NCBI RefSeq assembly: GCF_000315625.1
Contig: NW_005434624.1
Coordinates: 320,007-384,006, forward strand
DNA length: 64,000 nucleotides
Source: Guillardia theta CCMP2712
Lineage: Eukaryota > Protista > Cryptophyta
Direction of reading: 5' to 3'
The translations under genes were made by a program, and so were the position numbers. Every line of letters starts with the position of its first letter. Within the stretch, counting starts at the first letter, position 1. This document shows, piece by piece, positions 32,389 to 44,899 of this stretch. Under the pieces are notes generated by a model. That model searched no databases and was not told the origin of the DNA. It was given only the letters and a program-made list of their open reading frames with translations.

Positions 32389-32680
32389 TCATCCGCACGA
32401 GACGTTCTTAGCTTCTAGCTGATGCTTGCCCAGGGTATTGACCTCGAACAGCACGTGCTCTCCCACTTGCAGATCGTTGTCCATCACTTGGCTCTTGTGT
32501 ACAAACACCTCCTGCCCGTCCCAGTCCAGGAAGCCGTACTTGCTCTGAGGTATCCATTTCTTGACCACCGCACGGTAGGGGATGAGCCGCTCGTCAATGG
32601 GCTTGAAGGTGGCGATCTTCCAACCCTCGTTGAAGGGGTTCTGACACTTTCTCATGTGCCCGAAGGTCTTGACAGGGACC
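32389..32680 (-). CDS. Cold-shock (CSD/OB-fold) domain exon of a larger multi-exon gene (~31,700-33,400)
   Basis: VVKKWIPQSKYGFLDWDGQEVFVHKSQV...LQVGEHVLFEV...EAKNV contains the RNP1/RNP2 cold-shock motifs. Confidence 0.8.
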
Positions 32681-33996
32681 TGTCCAGGATTTCAAAGAGA
32701 AGAAGATGAACGAGGAGAACGTGTTGAGGACGAGGACGAAAACAAAGGATAAACTTGAAAGAGAACATCCTCAAGAAAAAGGGCAACAGCAAGGAGAACT
32801 AGAACAGAGAGAAAGAAGAGTGAGAGCAAGAGGATAGATCACCTTGTGCGAAGAAGAAGTATCCGCGTAATGGGAGGCCCCCTTCTTCTTTCTCGTCTTC
32901 GTCTCCACCTTCACCGGGTTCTCAAGTACCCGGGTGGGCAGGGCGGAGTACGGGCTCTCGCTGGGGCGAGGAGGGAGGCGAGGCTTGTGATACTGGTAGC
33001 GGATGTCTTCGATGTCGCACGAGCTCTGAGCGCTGAGGGGAGTAAGGGAGTACCACTTCTCCGGGTGAACCCACTGCAGCCTTCCTGCTCGCAGAGGGTC
33101 GTCTACCAGGAAGGAGGAGGTGGGGGGGATGCCTCGCTTCGGGTCAAGGGATGTCAGCTTCTTGTGCTTGCTGGGAGACGATGAAGGCTGGTGCTGCACG
33201 GCTGTCTCCGCTCCGTCCTCATGGTTCGACACGCTGGAAGCGACGTGGCGCTTTGCCAGTGCATGGCTGTACTCGTTGCGGATGTAGTTGATGCTGAGCC
33301 TCCCCTCCTCCTGCGCCTCTCGCACGAGCTTGACTCGACCCTTCACCTCACTTCTGAACTTCTCTAGGTTGAAAATCCCGTTGGTCATCCTCTTCGCCCC
33401 TGTTTCAGTCTACATGCGCTCCTGGGCTGCATGACATCATCCTGTCTGGTCGCGGGCTACCTCAGCAATACTGTATCCCTTCCTGCTTCCGCTGCTGCCC
33501 CTGCTCCTCCTCCAGCTCCTCCTCCAGCTCCTTCTGCTCCTCCTTCTGTTCTTCTTGCTCCTGCTCCTTCTCCCGCTCCTCGTCCTCGAGCACCTCCTCG
33601 TCTCATACCTACTGGGCTACCATAACTACACGCGTACCTACTAACGGCCTGCCACCCCACCCCTCAAATTCTCTTTGATCACCCCACCCCAGATGGATGC
33701 GGGAGGTTGAGAAGCTTTTTGAGGTATAGAGAATGAGGAGGAGACGGGGAGAGGAATAGGAAGAGAGGAGAAGTAGACGGGTAGGACAACAGAGTTGAGA
33801 GTTGAAAACGAGTAGAGGATCGGAAGCAGGCATAGGTGATGTGATGTGTAAGCACGACGAGCATCTTGGTGCAAGGACTACGACGACGAAGATCATGGAG
33901 AGGGAAGCCCGAGGCTTCGACAGTGGAACGGCAGGAAGGAAGAGCGAGCAGGAAATGTCAACTGAAGTTCTTCACTCAACATGCGTGCCAAGCAAA

Positions 33997-34914
33997 TCAA
34001 GTTGAGCCAAAGAATGTTCGCCATTCGTGAAGCTTGTCCAGAGGAATCTGCAGCAGCAAGTGAGCTTGAAGAGCGATAGAAGAATTACTCGCTTACATCC
34101 TTCTGGTTGGCTTCCTTATCCTCCATACGCAGATCCTTCACACGAACCTGCGGTATCATTAGCTTGCTGCCTCCCTTCCTCCTCTTTCCATCTCCCTCGC
34201 TCCCTCAACTTCCCTCCTCGCCCTCGCATCGTTTCTCCTCCCTCACCATGTTCTTATCCCACTCATCGGGAGCAACCAGCGCCACGTACTGCGCGCCCAC
34301 ACGGTTGGCGTAGTCGAAGGTCTGACCGACTTTCTTCTTCAGCTCCACCTGACGTATCGCTCATCCCCTGCCCTTCTCCCTCCCCCTTCCTGCTCTTGCC
34401 TGCATGTCCACCGTCGCTCCTGCCTCTCTCAGCTTGGCAGCCACCGTCAGCGCGTTGGGCAGCATATCCTTGCTGGGCACGAGGTCAGGAGAGGAGGAGG
34501 AGGCGCAAAGTCACCTGAAGGCGGCGACGACGAAGTCGGTCAGCTGGGGGAAGTCAGGGAGGAGATTCTTCATCTGGAGCAGCTCCATGATAACGCAGTC
34601 GCCGAAGCCAAACCCAACGCAGGGAACCTTGAGGAGAGGATCAGACGACCTTCCTCCTCTTCCTCTTCTCCCTCTCTCGTCCTCCCTTGATCACTCATCC
34701 ATTTTCCCTGCTACTCTTTCCCTGCCTCTCTCCCTGTCTTCCTCCTCCCTTCACTTCGCTTGCCTCTTGTTTCGATCCATAGAGCGACAGCAGGCGATCG
34801 TATCGTCCTCCTCCGCAGATGGCACGGAGCTCTCCACTGCAGCATCATCACGAATCGCGTCAGGAGCAATTAAGGTCGGTCAAGAGGAGTCGAACACGTG
34901 AAGAACGGAGGATA

Positions 34915-34950
<36 letters not shown>

Positions 34951-37595
34951 AGATGTGCGGGCAGAGAAGGGGGCGGCAGTGGACCTGCGGTCGAAGCACT
35001 CGAACACAATGCCGGTATAATACGCCAACCCCCTCACAACGGACGCGTCGAACTGCATGAAATCTCCGTAGCCGTAGGCCTCGGCCTGCAAGATAAAGCA
35101 AAATAAAAAAAAATTCACTGCCCTCCCATCCTCCCTTCTTGATGCCCTTTTGCACCTCCCCCTGCTAACCATCTATCTTCCCCCCCTCTGCTCCGTCCTC
35201 TGCTCCTAGTGCCTCCCTTGAATACCTCTCCTTCCCTTCCCCCTCCTTGTCACCTCTCAAACCAACTACCCGCCTTCCCTTCCTTCACTCCCTCAGCCTT
35301 GTAGACTCATCCTTCCCATCACCTGAACAAACAATTCTTTGAGCTCGTCCAGACCCTCCTGATCGGCTCCCTGCATGACACCAGCATCACAAGACGGCGC
35401 ATGACGAGAGTGGAGGACGGTGACCTCAGCGATGGTTGAGAGCTCCTCGACGCTCCTAGCACTCATCGTCTCGATGATCGTCCCAGCTGTCTTCTCTGAC
35501 ACGCCCAGCTGCACAAGCTCCTTGGTGACCTGGGAAGCGTAAGGTGGGAGGTAGGAGGCCGTGGCCGCGAACCTCCTCGGGGCCGATCTTGTCAAGTTTG
35601 TCCACCACAACACAGACAGGAGCGAACTGCTGCTCGCTGATGCCCTGAAACGAAAGTCAGACGATGCCAGCGGGCGGCGAGGAGAAGGAGCTGACGGACC
35701 TGCGCCTTGAGGATGGAAGCCATGACCTTGCGGGAGTTCACTTTGATTCCAACGTCCTTGGCAGTGATCCCCACGCGCGTGAAGAAGGTGGTAATGGCTG
35801 TGAGAGGAGGTGAGCAGAAAGTGTCGGAACAATCCCAGATATTGACCAGCCAGCAGCTCGACCTCAGCGGTGATGGACTTGACCCCGACAATGTCCATGT
35901 TCCACTGCCAAGCACACTGTCACATATGGGGCAGGAAAGTTTCCTCGGGAGGGAGGGAGGGAGGGAGGGAGGGAGGGAGGGAGGGAGGGAGGGAGGGAGG
36001 GAGGGAGGGAGGGAGGAGGGAGGGTANNNNNNNNNNNNNNNNNNNNNNNNNNNNNNNNNNNNNNNNNNNNNNNNNNNNNNNNNNNNNNNNNNNNNNNNNN
36101 NNNNNNNNNNNNNNNNNNNNNNNNNNGCGTTGCGCTAACTCACTGAGATATACCTGCGTCAGATTTTCAAAGTGAAAGTGGTCATTGGGGTCCTATTGTC
36201 TTCAATGTGACCGGTACGCTGCATAAGGGAGGGAGGGAGAATATGTAAATTTTGTGAAGGACCTGATAGTGCTCCCTCTTACGTCCTCTCTGCGTTGTCT
36301 CAAACCGCCAGCATTGCGGAAGGCTGGAGGCAGCCCACAAGTCAACCACCTCAAGCCCCTTCGAGTCAACAACAACCTGAACCACTTGACGGGCAGGATC
36401 ATCTTCGTCTCTCCGGATTCAGTGGTACGTCCTACACAGTTAGCGCAGGAACAAGTCAGCGCATCCGATGGTAGTGGTGGGTGCAGGAAGACGGTGGGGT
36501 CACCTAAAATCATGCGGGCAAGAGTAGGGGTCATCTCGGGCCTGAGCGTCACCTTGAAGTGCATCAGTCTCTTGAGAACCAGCGTCAGGAGACCCACCGC
36601 GTATCCCGACTTGTCCACGAAGTTGTACATCTGCTGAGTGATCTCCTCTCCTGCGAATCGCCGTCAAGGCACCAGGGGCAGGGGCAGCAGCCACCACCTG
36701 CTTTCCTCTTGTACAGCTCCTCGTGCTCGAGGACTGGCGCGTCATACTCTTGGAACCTGACAGCAAACATCAGTCATGCTGTATCCCTCCTCCAGCAGGT
36801 CGATTACGCGAAGCGCCGGGCAACCTCCTTGAAGTGACCGAAGAGCCAGTTCCTGGCACGCATGTCTTCGGGGTAGAAGTCTCTCGTACCCATGACTGGC
36901 TCCACGGGGATCATGTGCTTGCTGGCCTTGCTGTCTTCCTTTCCCTTCTTCCCTTTCTCCTTCTTGTCGCCCTTGTCCTTGTCAGAGGAGTCTGCTGGCA
37001 TCTTCGCTTTCAGCTCCTTGAGCTTGGCGACCTCGACGTCGATCTGCTCCTTGGAGAACGCAGAGGGATCACTCTTCACGGCCTCCTTCATGCTACGGAT
37101 CTTTTCTCCTTGGCTCTTGATCTCAGCCTCCAGCGCCCCCACGTCCACCGCCGGGGCCTGCGGCTTCGAGACTTCACTGCTACTCGCTGGTGTCAGGGTC
37201 TGCAGGGCTTGAGCAAGGGCAGCCATTGGGTTCTCCGGCATAGACTTGAGAATCTCGTTCACTGCCTGCTCGATCCTCGCCTGCACCTGATGCTTCATCA
37301 GGTACTGCTCTGCATCCTGCAGCGGGCTCTTGGAGGCCGACGGCTTGCTCTCCGAGACCTTGCCCGCAGCCTTGGGCTCAGCACTGGCACCACTTGATGG
37401 AGCATCTCCATAGACAAACTTTCGGTTCATCTTCAGCTGGGTTCCCTGAAAGGACCAGTACTCGGACTCAAGGCTAGATCCTGCTGTGAAGGGCCCCTCC
37501 TGCGTGGCCGACGTTCTACTCACGGTCAGGTATTTCCCTTCGTACGTCCACTCCATCAAGTCAGCTGTCAGATGACGAAGAAGCGCTGGGCACTA
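33997..37595 (-). CDS. HARS: Histidyl-tRNA synthetase with N-terminal extensions (multi-exon; true start upstream, unresolved)
   Basis: [77 protein letters not shown]-like [12 protein letters not shown]...EVAKLKELK. Confidence 0.93.
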
Positions 37596-38621
37596 CAAAG
37601 AGGTGCAATGGTCAGCGCCAGTGATCAACACCCGACCAGTCGGGTGAGCAAGCTACATGCTCAGAGGCTCCAACAAAACGCGGTGGTTTGATCTACACCT
37701 CCTTCCAGCCTAGAGCATCATCACAACTGCAGCAACGTGCTGACAGCTGTCTCGTCCCTGCTATTGCCTGCATCCTCCTTCTCTCATCCACCAGCCTCAC
37801 TTGCTCCCTCCTTCCGAAACTACTCTACATCCCTTTCACGAAACCTCACTGCTCAGCCTCTGCCATGTTTGTCCCTTTCTCCTCTGGCATCCACCTCACT
37901 TGCTCCACTTCCCTCGCATCATCTCCAGTATCCTCCCTCTCTCCCTCCTCCTCCTAGAGATCCTTCCCTCCCTACCTCGATCCGCGACCTCCCCTACCGC
38001 AACCCCCTCGCCATGTCAGCCCTCGTGTCGCTAAATTTTACTCAAATTCCATGGAATACCCACCTCCTACCCCTTCCACCATTTCCTAGGACCCTTCCTA
38101 TAGCTTGCTCGCCTACCGTCAACCCTCTTCAACCCTTCCTGAAGTACTTTATGCTGCCCCTTATCAATTGGTATATTAATTTTGAGGCGGGTTTGCAAGG
38201 TTTGCACAGAGTACCCCGGGAACTTGAGACCCCCTTTTTCATTTCCAAGTACCCCTAGTATACTGACAGGGCGCAATGGGCAGGCGGTGGGGGCCGAAAG
38301 GTAAGGAGGGGCAAGGGGGAGGGAATGCAGTATGCGATGCAAGGGAAGGCAGAGATAGAGAAAATCTGATGTGTAGAGGAGATCTGGACATGATAAGGAG
38401 GATGAGGAGGCTGATGTGACCAGAGACGAAGTGAGAAGGAGTACCGTGGTGCAGGAAATCCATGGGAGGTTCAGTATTGCGCTGAAGGTGGACAGTCCAG
38501 AAGACCTAAAGATGAGATGGAAGGGTATCATATGGTTGTAGAGCCTGAAGTGGAGATGTAGGGTGGGTGATTTCTTCTGGTTGGTGAGCAGCTTGAGGGT
38601 ACGACGGAGGATAGGGCGGAC

Positions 38622-41119
38622 ATGTTTGCGCTCGTTGCCACACTTGTTGTCGCGCTTTTGAGTGTGTAATTGTGTCAAGATCGAAGTCATAATCAAGTGC
38701 GCAGGGTTGTTCTTCCTTTTCACTGCAGCCTCCGGGCTACTGCCGGCGTTGGGCTGGCAGCACAGCATCCAATTCCTTCGTAACCCCTCAGGATACAGCA
38801 AAACGAGCACGTGCGGAGGGCTGAGGTCAGTTGGCCTCCATGGAAGGTCGTTGCCTTCGCTGGCAAGTCTCAGGTGCTGGCTGGATGTCATTCCTGTGAA
38901 GATGTCTTCTTCTAACGAAGCTGCCTCCTCCAGGCTCGGCAGGAGGACTTGCTCTCCTCTGCCATGCGGAGTTTCGCTCAGCATGAAAACCGACGATTCC
39001 TCAGTCCCAGTGACACTGCTGGGAGGCTTTCTTGGATCCGGTAGCAAGAAAGCGACTTGGATCAGAAGAGATCTCGTGACATGCTGTGACAGGGAAGACA
39101 ACGATCCTGAAGCACATCCTCGAGAATCAAGTCGGCCTCAAAGTCGGAGTGATCGTGAACGATGTGGCGTCGGTGAACATCGATGCCAAGCTTGTGAGAG
39201 GGGTGACTTCATCCTCGGTCCCTGGAGGAAGCGACACCATCGAGCTGCAGAATGGCTGTGCCTGCTGTTCCATCAGCGACGAGCTCTTCAGCGCGGTGGA
39301 GAAGCTTGTGGAAACAGGGAGGGCGCGGGGCAACCAGTTCGACCACATCCTTGTGGAGCTGTCGGGGGTTGCGGAGCCCTCGATCGTCAAGTCGAACTTC
39401 GAGCGAGGGAAGGCAGCTGGACTGAAGTCTGCCCTCGATGCGAGGATAAAGCAGATCGTTACGGTGGTGGACTCGAGTGAGTTCGTGCAACAGTGGATGT
39501 CGGAGGAGCGGCTGGGGGAGGTGTCGCGGTTGGCCCCAGAGGTAGGGCAGGACTGTGCAGCTGCTCGAGCTGTGTCGGAGTTCCTTGCCGAGCAGATCGA
39601 AGCGGCCGACGTGGTCGTGCTGAACAAGGTGGACATGGTGGACTCCTCGACCGTAAAGACAACTGCTCGGATCGTTGATGGACTGCTCCACGAAAAGAAG
39701 CACAAACTGATCGAGACTAGCTGGGGAAAGATTCCGATCCAGTCTCTCTTCAGCGAAGATGCGGAGGTTGAGCAAGTTGCACATGAGGCGAAGCATGAGC
39801 ACGAAGGTCACTCGCACGACGAAGCATGCCACGGTGATCATTGCAGCCTCCCTCCTGCTACTCCTGCTGATGCTCCTGCTGCTCCTTTTGCTCCGCTCCT
39901 GCTCTCCCTCCATCAGCCGATCACTGCTCCTCCTCCACCTGACCTGAGGCATCTGCAGACCCGCATTGTCAAGATCAGTCTCATGAACACCACCATGCTC
40001 ACTCGCACGACGAGCATTGTGACGACCCCCACTGCACCGACCAAGGTTGTTAGAGGTTGACCTTTGCTGCGCCATCCTGACGCCTTCCGTAGCTCATGGA
40101 CATTCTCATTCCCACGAGCAGCAGAAGACAACGGCAGAGGAGAAGATCGGAATCTCCTCGTTCGTCTACAGGTAGCCTCCTCCTCCACTCCGCTCCTCTC
40201 GGCCTCCTTTCCCTTCCTTGACCTTGATCGGCAGAGCACGAAGGCCCTTTGACACAGACCGGCTGTTCAAACTGGTCAAGAGCTGGCCCATACCTCGCAA
40301 AGACGCAGAGACGTACCTCTACAAACTGTTAAACGATCGAGAGTTCATCAAGGGTAAGGAGGAGACCTCCGACGGGCGGGTGCTGCAGCCGGTCTTCAGG
40401 AGCAAGGGCTTCATCTGGCTGGACAGTATGCCCACCAGGATTCGCTACTGGTCGCACGTGGGCAGGTACTTTGCGCTGGAGGATGCTGGGAAATGGTGGG
40501 CAGACACCGAGGAGAAGCTGCTGGAGGCGGTGAAGGTTGCGTCCCCCTCGGACTACGAGGCCATCATGAAGGATGACTGGGAGGGAGAGTTTGGAGATAG
40601 GAGGCAGGAGCTCGTGTTCATCGGGGCGGGGATGAAGGAAGAGGCAATCCGCAAGGCTCTGGACCGATGCTTGCTGACGGAAGAGGAGATGGTGAAGTTC
40701 AGGCAGGAGCTCGAGCAGGTGATTGAGGCAGAAAGCAACCCTCGCTTCAAGGTCGGAGACAAAGTGGTTTGCCAGTGCGGCACTTGGCTCCCCGGTAAGG
40801 AGGAGGAGGAATTAGGGGGTTGCCTGGCAGGAGTAGAGGAGTAGGTGGGGGGGAGGGTGGGGAGAGCAGGGGAAGGGGAAAGGGAGGGGGAAGGAGAAGA
40901 GGTTGCTGACTGCGGGAGAAGGTGTTGTCATCAAGATTGGATACCGAGAGCCTGATTGGCCCATCACCAAACCAGATGCTCCCTACCAGGTCTTGCCCCT
41001 CCCTGCCTGCATCGTGTCGATGGTGAATGTCGGTGAATGTGCAGGTGAAGCTGGAGGACGGGACTTTGATATACGTGCCGTTCGATGAAGATGATTTTAT
41101 CCGACCGAGAAAGGGATGA
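38622..41119 (+). CDS. COG0523 (CobW/ZNG1-family) G3E metallochaperone GTPase, probably organelle-targeted (multi-exon)
   Basis: PVTLLGGFLGSG|KTT (split by an intron), VIVND, NGCACCS (CxCC), VELSGVAEP, LNKVD, His-rich linker, and CobW_C RSKGFIWL...GDRRQELVFIG. Hydrophobic leader. Confidence 0.92.
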
Positions 41120-41412
41120 GCGATGGACACTGGTGGTAGTGGGACTGGAGCAGCAAGCATGATGGGCGGTTTTTCATTTTTGAGGGTGTTTAAATCGAGT
41201 TCCTTTCTCGTACTCTTGTTGTGATCCAAGGAGTTGTGGAGGGAGCAGGTATGGAGAGCTACGAGAGTTATGATATCAAGCATGGAATAGAGGAGAAGAT
41301 AGAAAAACAAAATTGGGCCGGGGGGAGGTGGGGCGGGGGGGATGAGGGTTGGGACGAGCGTGAGAAGCAAAGATAGATATCGACCGGCAAATCAAGACAG
41401 GGGCCACGATGA

Positions 41413-43300
41413 TCATAGACTCTCCAATGCCTTGCGGAGACGAGAGCCGAGACTCTTGACCTGCTTTTCATCAACAGCATGATTGAATTCTGGCATCTGT
41501 CACAGATCGATGTCATGATGAGCAACGGTGCAAGGTGAAGGAAGAGAAAATGGAGAAGGGAATGATAGCGAGGAGGGCAAAGGAGGGAATGAAAAGGACG
41601 TGAGAAGAAGTACTTACGGCATAACTGTACTTCTTCTTCGAGGCCCGGGGAGGGTCTGGCTGATACTCCTCGAACGCCTGGAGCTGCTTCAAGATCGCCT
41701 CCTTCTTTGCCCTGAAATGCTGGAACACAACGTCGCGGAAATCCGCCGGGGGGTTGAGGATCTGATGGCAAATTGCCCTGTTGAGGGTGTGGAACCCGAC
41801 ACTCCTGTTGTAATGCTGCGACGAAGACTGGGTGTAGGTGCTCTGCTCAGTGCCAGGCTCGTTGTAGTAGGGCTCCTTCACGAAGACAAGCCCCTGGATG
41901 GAGACGAGGACTTGAAGGACTGTGGATTTCTCCGCGATCCACGACGGCCTGTCCCAGGTGCCGAGGAGGGACAGGCAGACATAACCATTCTCATACAGGT
42001 TGGGGTTGAACTTGTCCGAAGTCCCAGTGATGGTCAGGTGCTTGACACGTGGAGGAGCGTTTGGATAGTCCGAAGGGAGGAGGATGTCAAACTCGAAGCA
42101 GCCGTTGGCGTACGGGGTGTCCTCTGGTCCTGTTATCATTGCCTTGATCAGCTCGGGCCTGCTCTCGTCCACCCGCACAAAGATAGAGGAGGAGGAGGAG
42201 ATTGGCAGGCTTGAGCTAAGTGACGCTATCTCCGTCATGATCCTCCCCATCCTCCCCTTGACCGTGAAGCTCGCAGAGGAGTTCTTGACCGTACGCCCCA
42301 TCCTCATGTCATACAGCTTCCCTATCGCCTGCTCATCAAAACGATCCTTCAAATTCACCATTCTGAACTTGAGATCATTGACTGCATCCACGTATTTCTT
42401 CTCCTCCTCCTCCGCATCTCTTTCGATGCCCTTTTCCCGCGATGAGCTTTTGGCAAGTGACAGCCCCGCCTTGCGCTTCCGGCTGGTTGTGCTCATCTCA
42501 TCATCATCATCATCATCATCATCAACCACGATCACTGCGTTTCTTGCCCCTTGGGTGGCTCTCTTGTGGACCTTCTGCTGCACCTCCATAAGTCGAAGGC
42601 AGAAGCTCGACATGGCATCGGTCTCCTCCTCGCTCGCTTGCACTCCCTCAACAAACCTCATGTACGTTTGCGCCTGAGCATATAGGGAAGTGATCAAGTC
42701 AAGGATACTGGAGCCAGAACTGCTAGAGTCCTCCTCTCGCCCTGCTGCTGGAGCAGGGCGGTTCTGCAGGCTCCTCCTTTGTCTGCTCGCACCGTTGTGC
42801 TGGAGAGTCTGCTTGGTGTCATCAGCCCAGTCAGAGAAGGGGATGGGGAGGAGCTTGCACAGGTCATGGTCGCTTGCCATGAAGTCAATGAAGTCCAGGA
42901 GGCCATCATGCATCGTAACTCTTGACCTGATCTCCGTGAGACAGTCCACCGACAGCAGCGACACCATCATCCTCCTGAAGTTGGGGGACCGTTGCAGCAC
43001 GTTGACGACCTCCCTGAGGCTGGAGAAGCTGTCAATCTCTTTCTGCAGACTCCTCAGCCTCTTCCGGAACAATCGCTGCTCTGCCGTAGTAGCCTTGAGA
43101 TTAACAGCACCTGCGCAAACTAGCTAAGAATGCAAGCGCTACACATGCCCCGCTCGCATTACCCATGTCTTCCAATAGATTCAACACCCTCTCTGGGCTG
43201 CGAACCTGCTCGCTGCCTGGTTCCTCATCGGAATCCAGCAGAATGCTGTCTTCCTTCAAATTTCCTGTAGTTGCACTTATCTCCATCTGCCAACCCACCG
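41413..43300 (-). CDS. Ubiquitin-conjugating enzyme, BIRC6/UBE2O/UBE2Z-like UBC domain (multi-exon, start approximate)
   Basis: IFVRVDESR...AMITGPEDTPYANGCFEFDI...FNPNLYENGYVCLSLLGTW...LQVLVSIQGL...PYYNEPG. Confidence 0.9.
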
Positions 43301-44899
43301 AGTCAGAACGAACCGCACCAAACCTCCAAACCGCAAGCAAAGAAATTTTCAATGCATTGGTGTCTTGTTGTTGTTAATACCACCTCGTCCTTTTCTCGTC
43401 CTTGCCTCTCGGTCGCATCAACCATGGAATTCCTCTTGTGAGTTGCTAATCTCTGCCAATCGACCCAAGTCAACTATTCTTTTTGACCTTTCTAGGTCAT
43501 CTCTACCATCTGCACAATTTGTCGCCCTTTGTTTTCCTCCCCACCCATCTCCTCTCCTCATTCCTTCGTCTTCCCATGCTTGCTTGTCGACCTCGTGGTC
43601 GCCATGTGGATTGTTGTCGTTTTTGTCATCCTCTTTCTTCCCCTCCTCCTCCTCCTCTTCCCGGTCATTCGCTTCAAGCATCGTACTTTCCCACCATATG
43701 GTGAGTTGGTAGGGTCTACCCCTACCCCCAATCTTACCCCCACCCCATCCAAATCACCCTCATCCATTGGACCCCTATATACCACTGCAATAGTACCCTA
43801 TCGAGATCCTGGTAGGCACTACCCCTTCAGACACCCACAAGTAGAAAGAAATGATTCTCAGTTGTCTACCCTCACCCCCCTTTTATCCCTAGTGTTTGGC
43901 TCAAGAAGGGGTACACAAGCTTAGAAAAGAGTACCCCTCCCCCAGCGAACAGAAGTTCTACCCCAGCCCAGCTTCACAATCGAATTTCAGGATTTGGGAG
44001 GGGTGGTTATGAAGTTTGTGGAAGAATTCCCGTACCCCTCTTTCTTCCCGTCAAGACCATCCCTTGACCAGGTACTTTGTCTGTAGATGTGTCTTAGGGT
44101 GGGGTAGTAAATTGTTCTATTCAGTAGGGGTACAGAGATAGAGCATATATGGGGTACTCTGGTTGAAGTATCATGTTATTATGGGGTGGGTACTAGTTAC
44201 AAAATCAAGGGGTAGGTGTGAAACAATGGGGGTGACAGGATCAAGTTTTAAATGAGAAGGGTGGGGGTATTCTGAACCCCGGGGATTGTTGAAAAGTTTT
44301 GCGGTTCATGTGGGGTAATGATTTTGCAAAGGGGTTAATTTGAAGGGTGGAGCAGAGAAGGTCGGTTTTAAAAATCAATGGAGGGGTAGGGGGTGAGTAT
44401 GGTGGGGTAGGTGGTTGGTACTGAAAAGGCACCATGCTATCGACGTTGGTCAGAGGAATTTCGGCGAATCAAGTGGATAAGATTGTGAGCTGAACGATGC
44501 AAGTGTAATGATGACAAGGATTTTGATGAAGTTGATACCAAGATGAATCATGAGATGATGATGATATGAATGAGAACGATGATGCTGCTCAGATAAATGT
44601 GAGACGATGGAGGACAGAATAAGCATGTTGATATGAAGTATGGCACGATAAATCTGAGACGAGCGAAGAATTCATTTGCTGGCTTCATGACTCTGACATG
44701 AACATTGAGTTGTGCCTGTGTACGTGTGCTCTGTGAACATGCAGATAAATTTTCGGTGTAGTTGAAATGGTGGAATGGGCGACAACCGCTCCCATGATTT
44801 CGCATCATCGTGGTAGAGGATACGTTGTGTGACTTGTCTTACAAAACTCTTTTTTCAAGTGTAGAGATATTTGCGGACATTTTTTTAATGTTAGATTGT

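Noticed and set aside
38067-40075. Long minus-strand ORFs (344, 192 and 288 aa)
   Set aside because: Antisense shadows of the COG0523 gene and low-complexity intergenic DNA.
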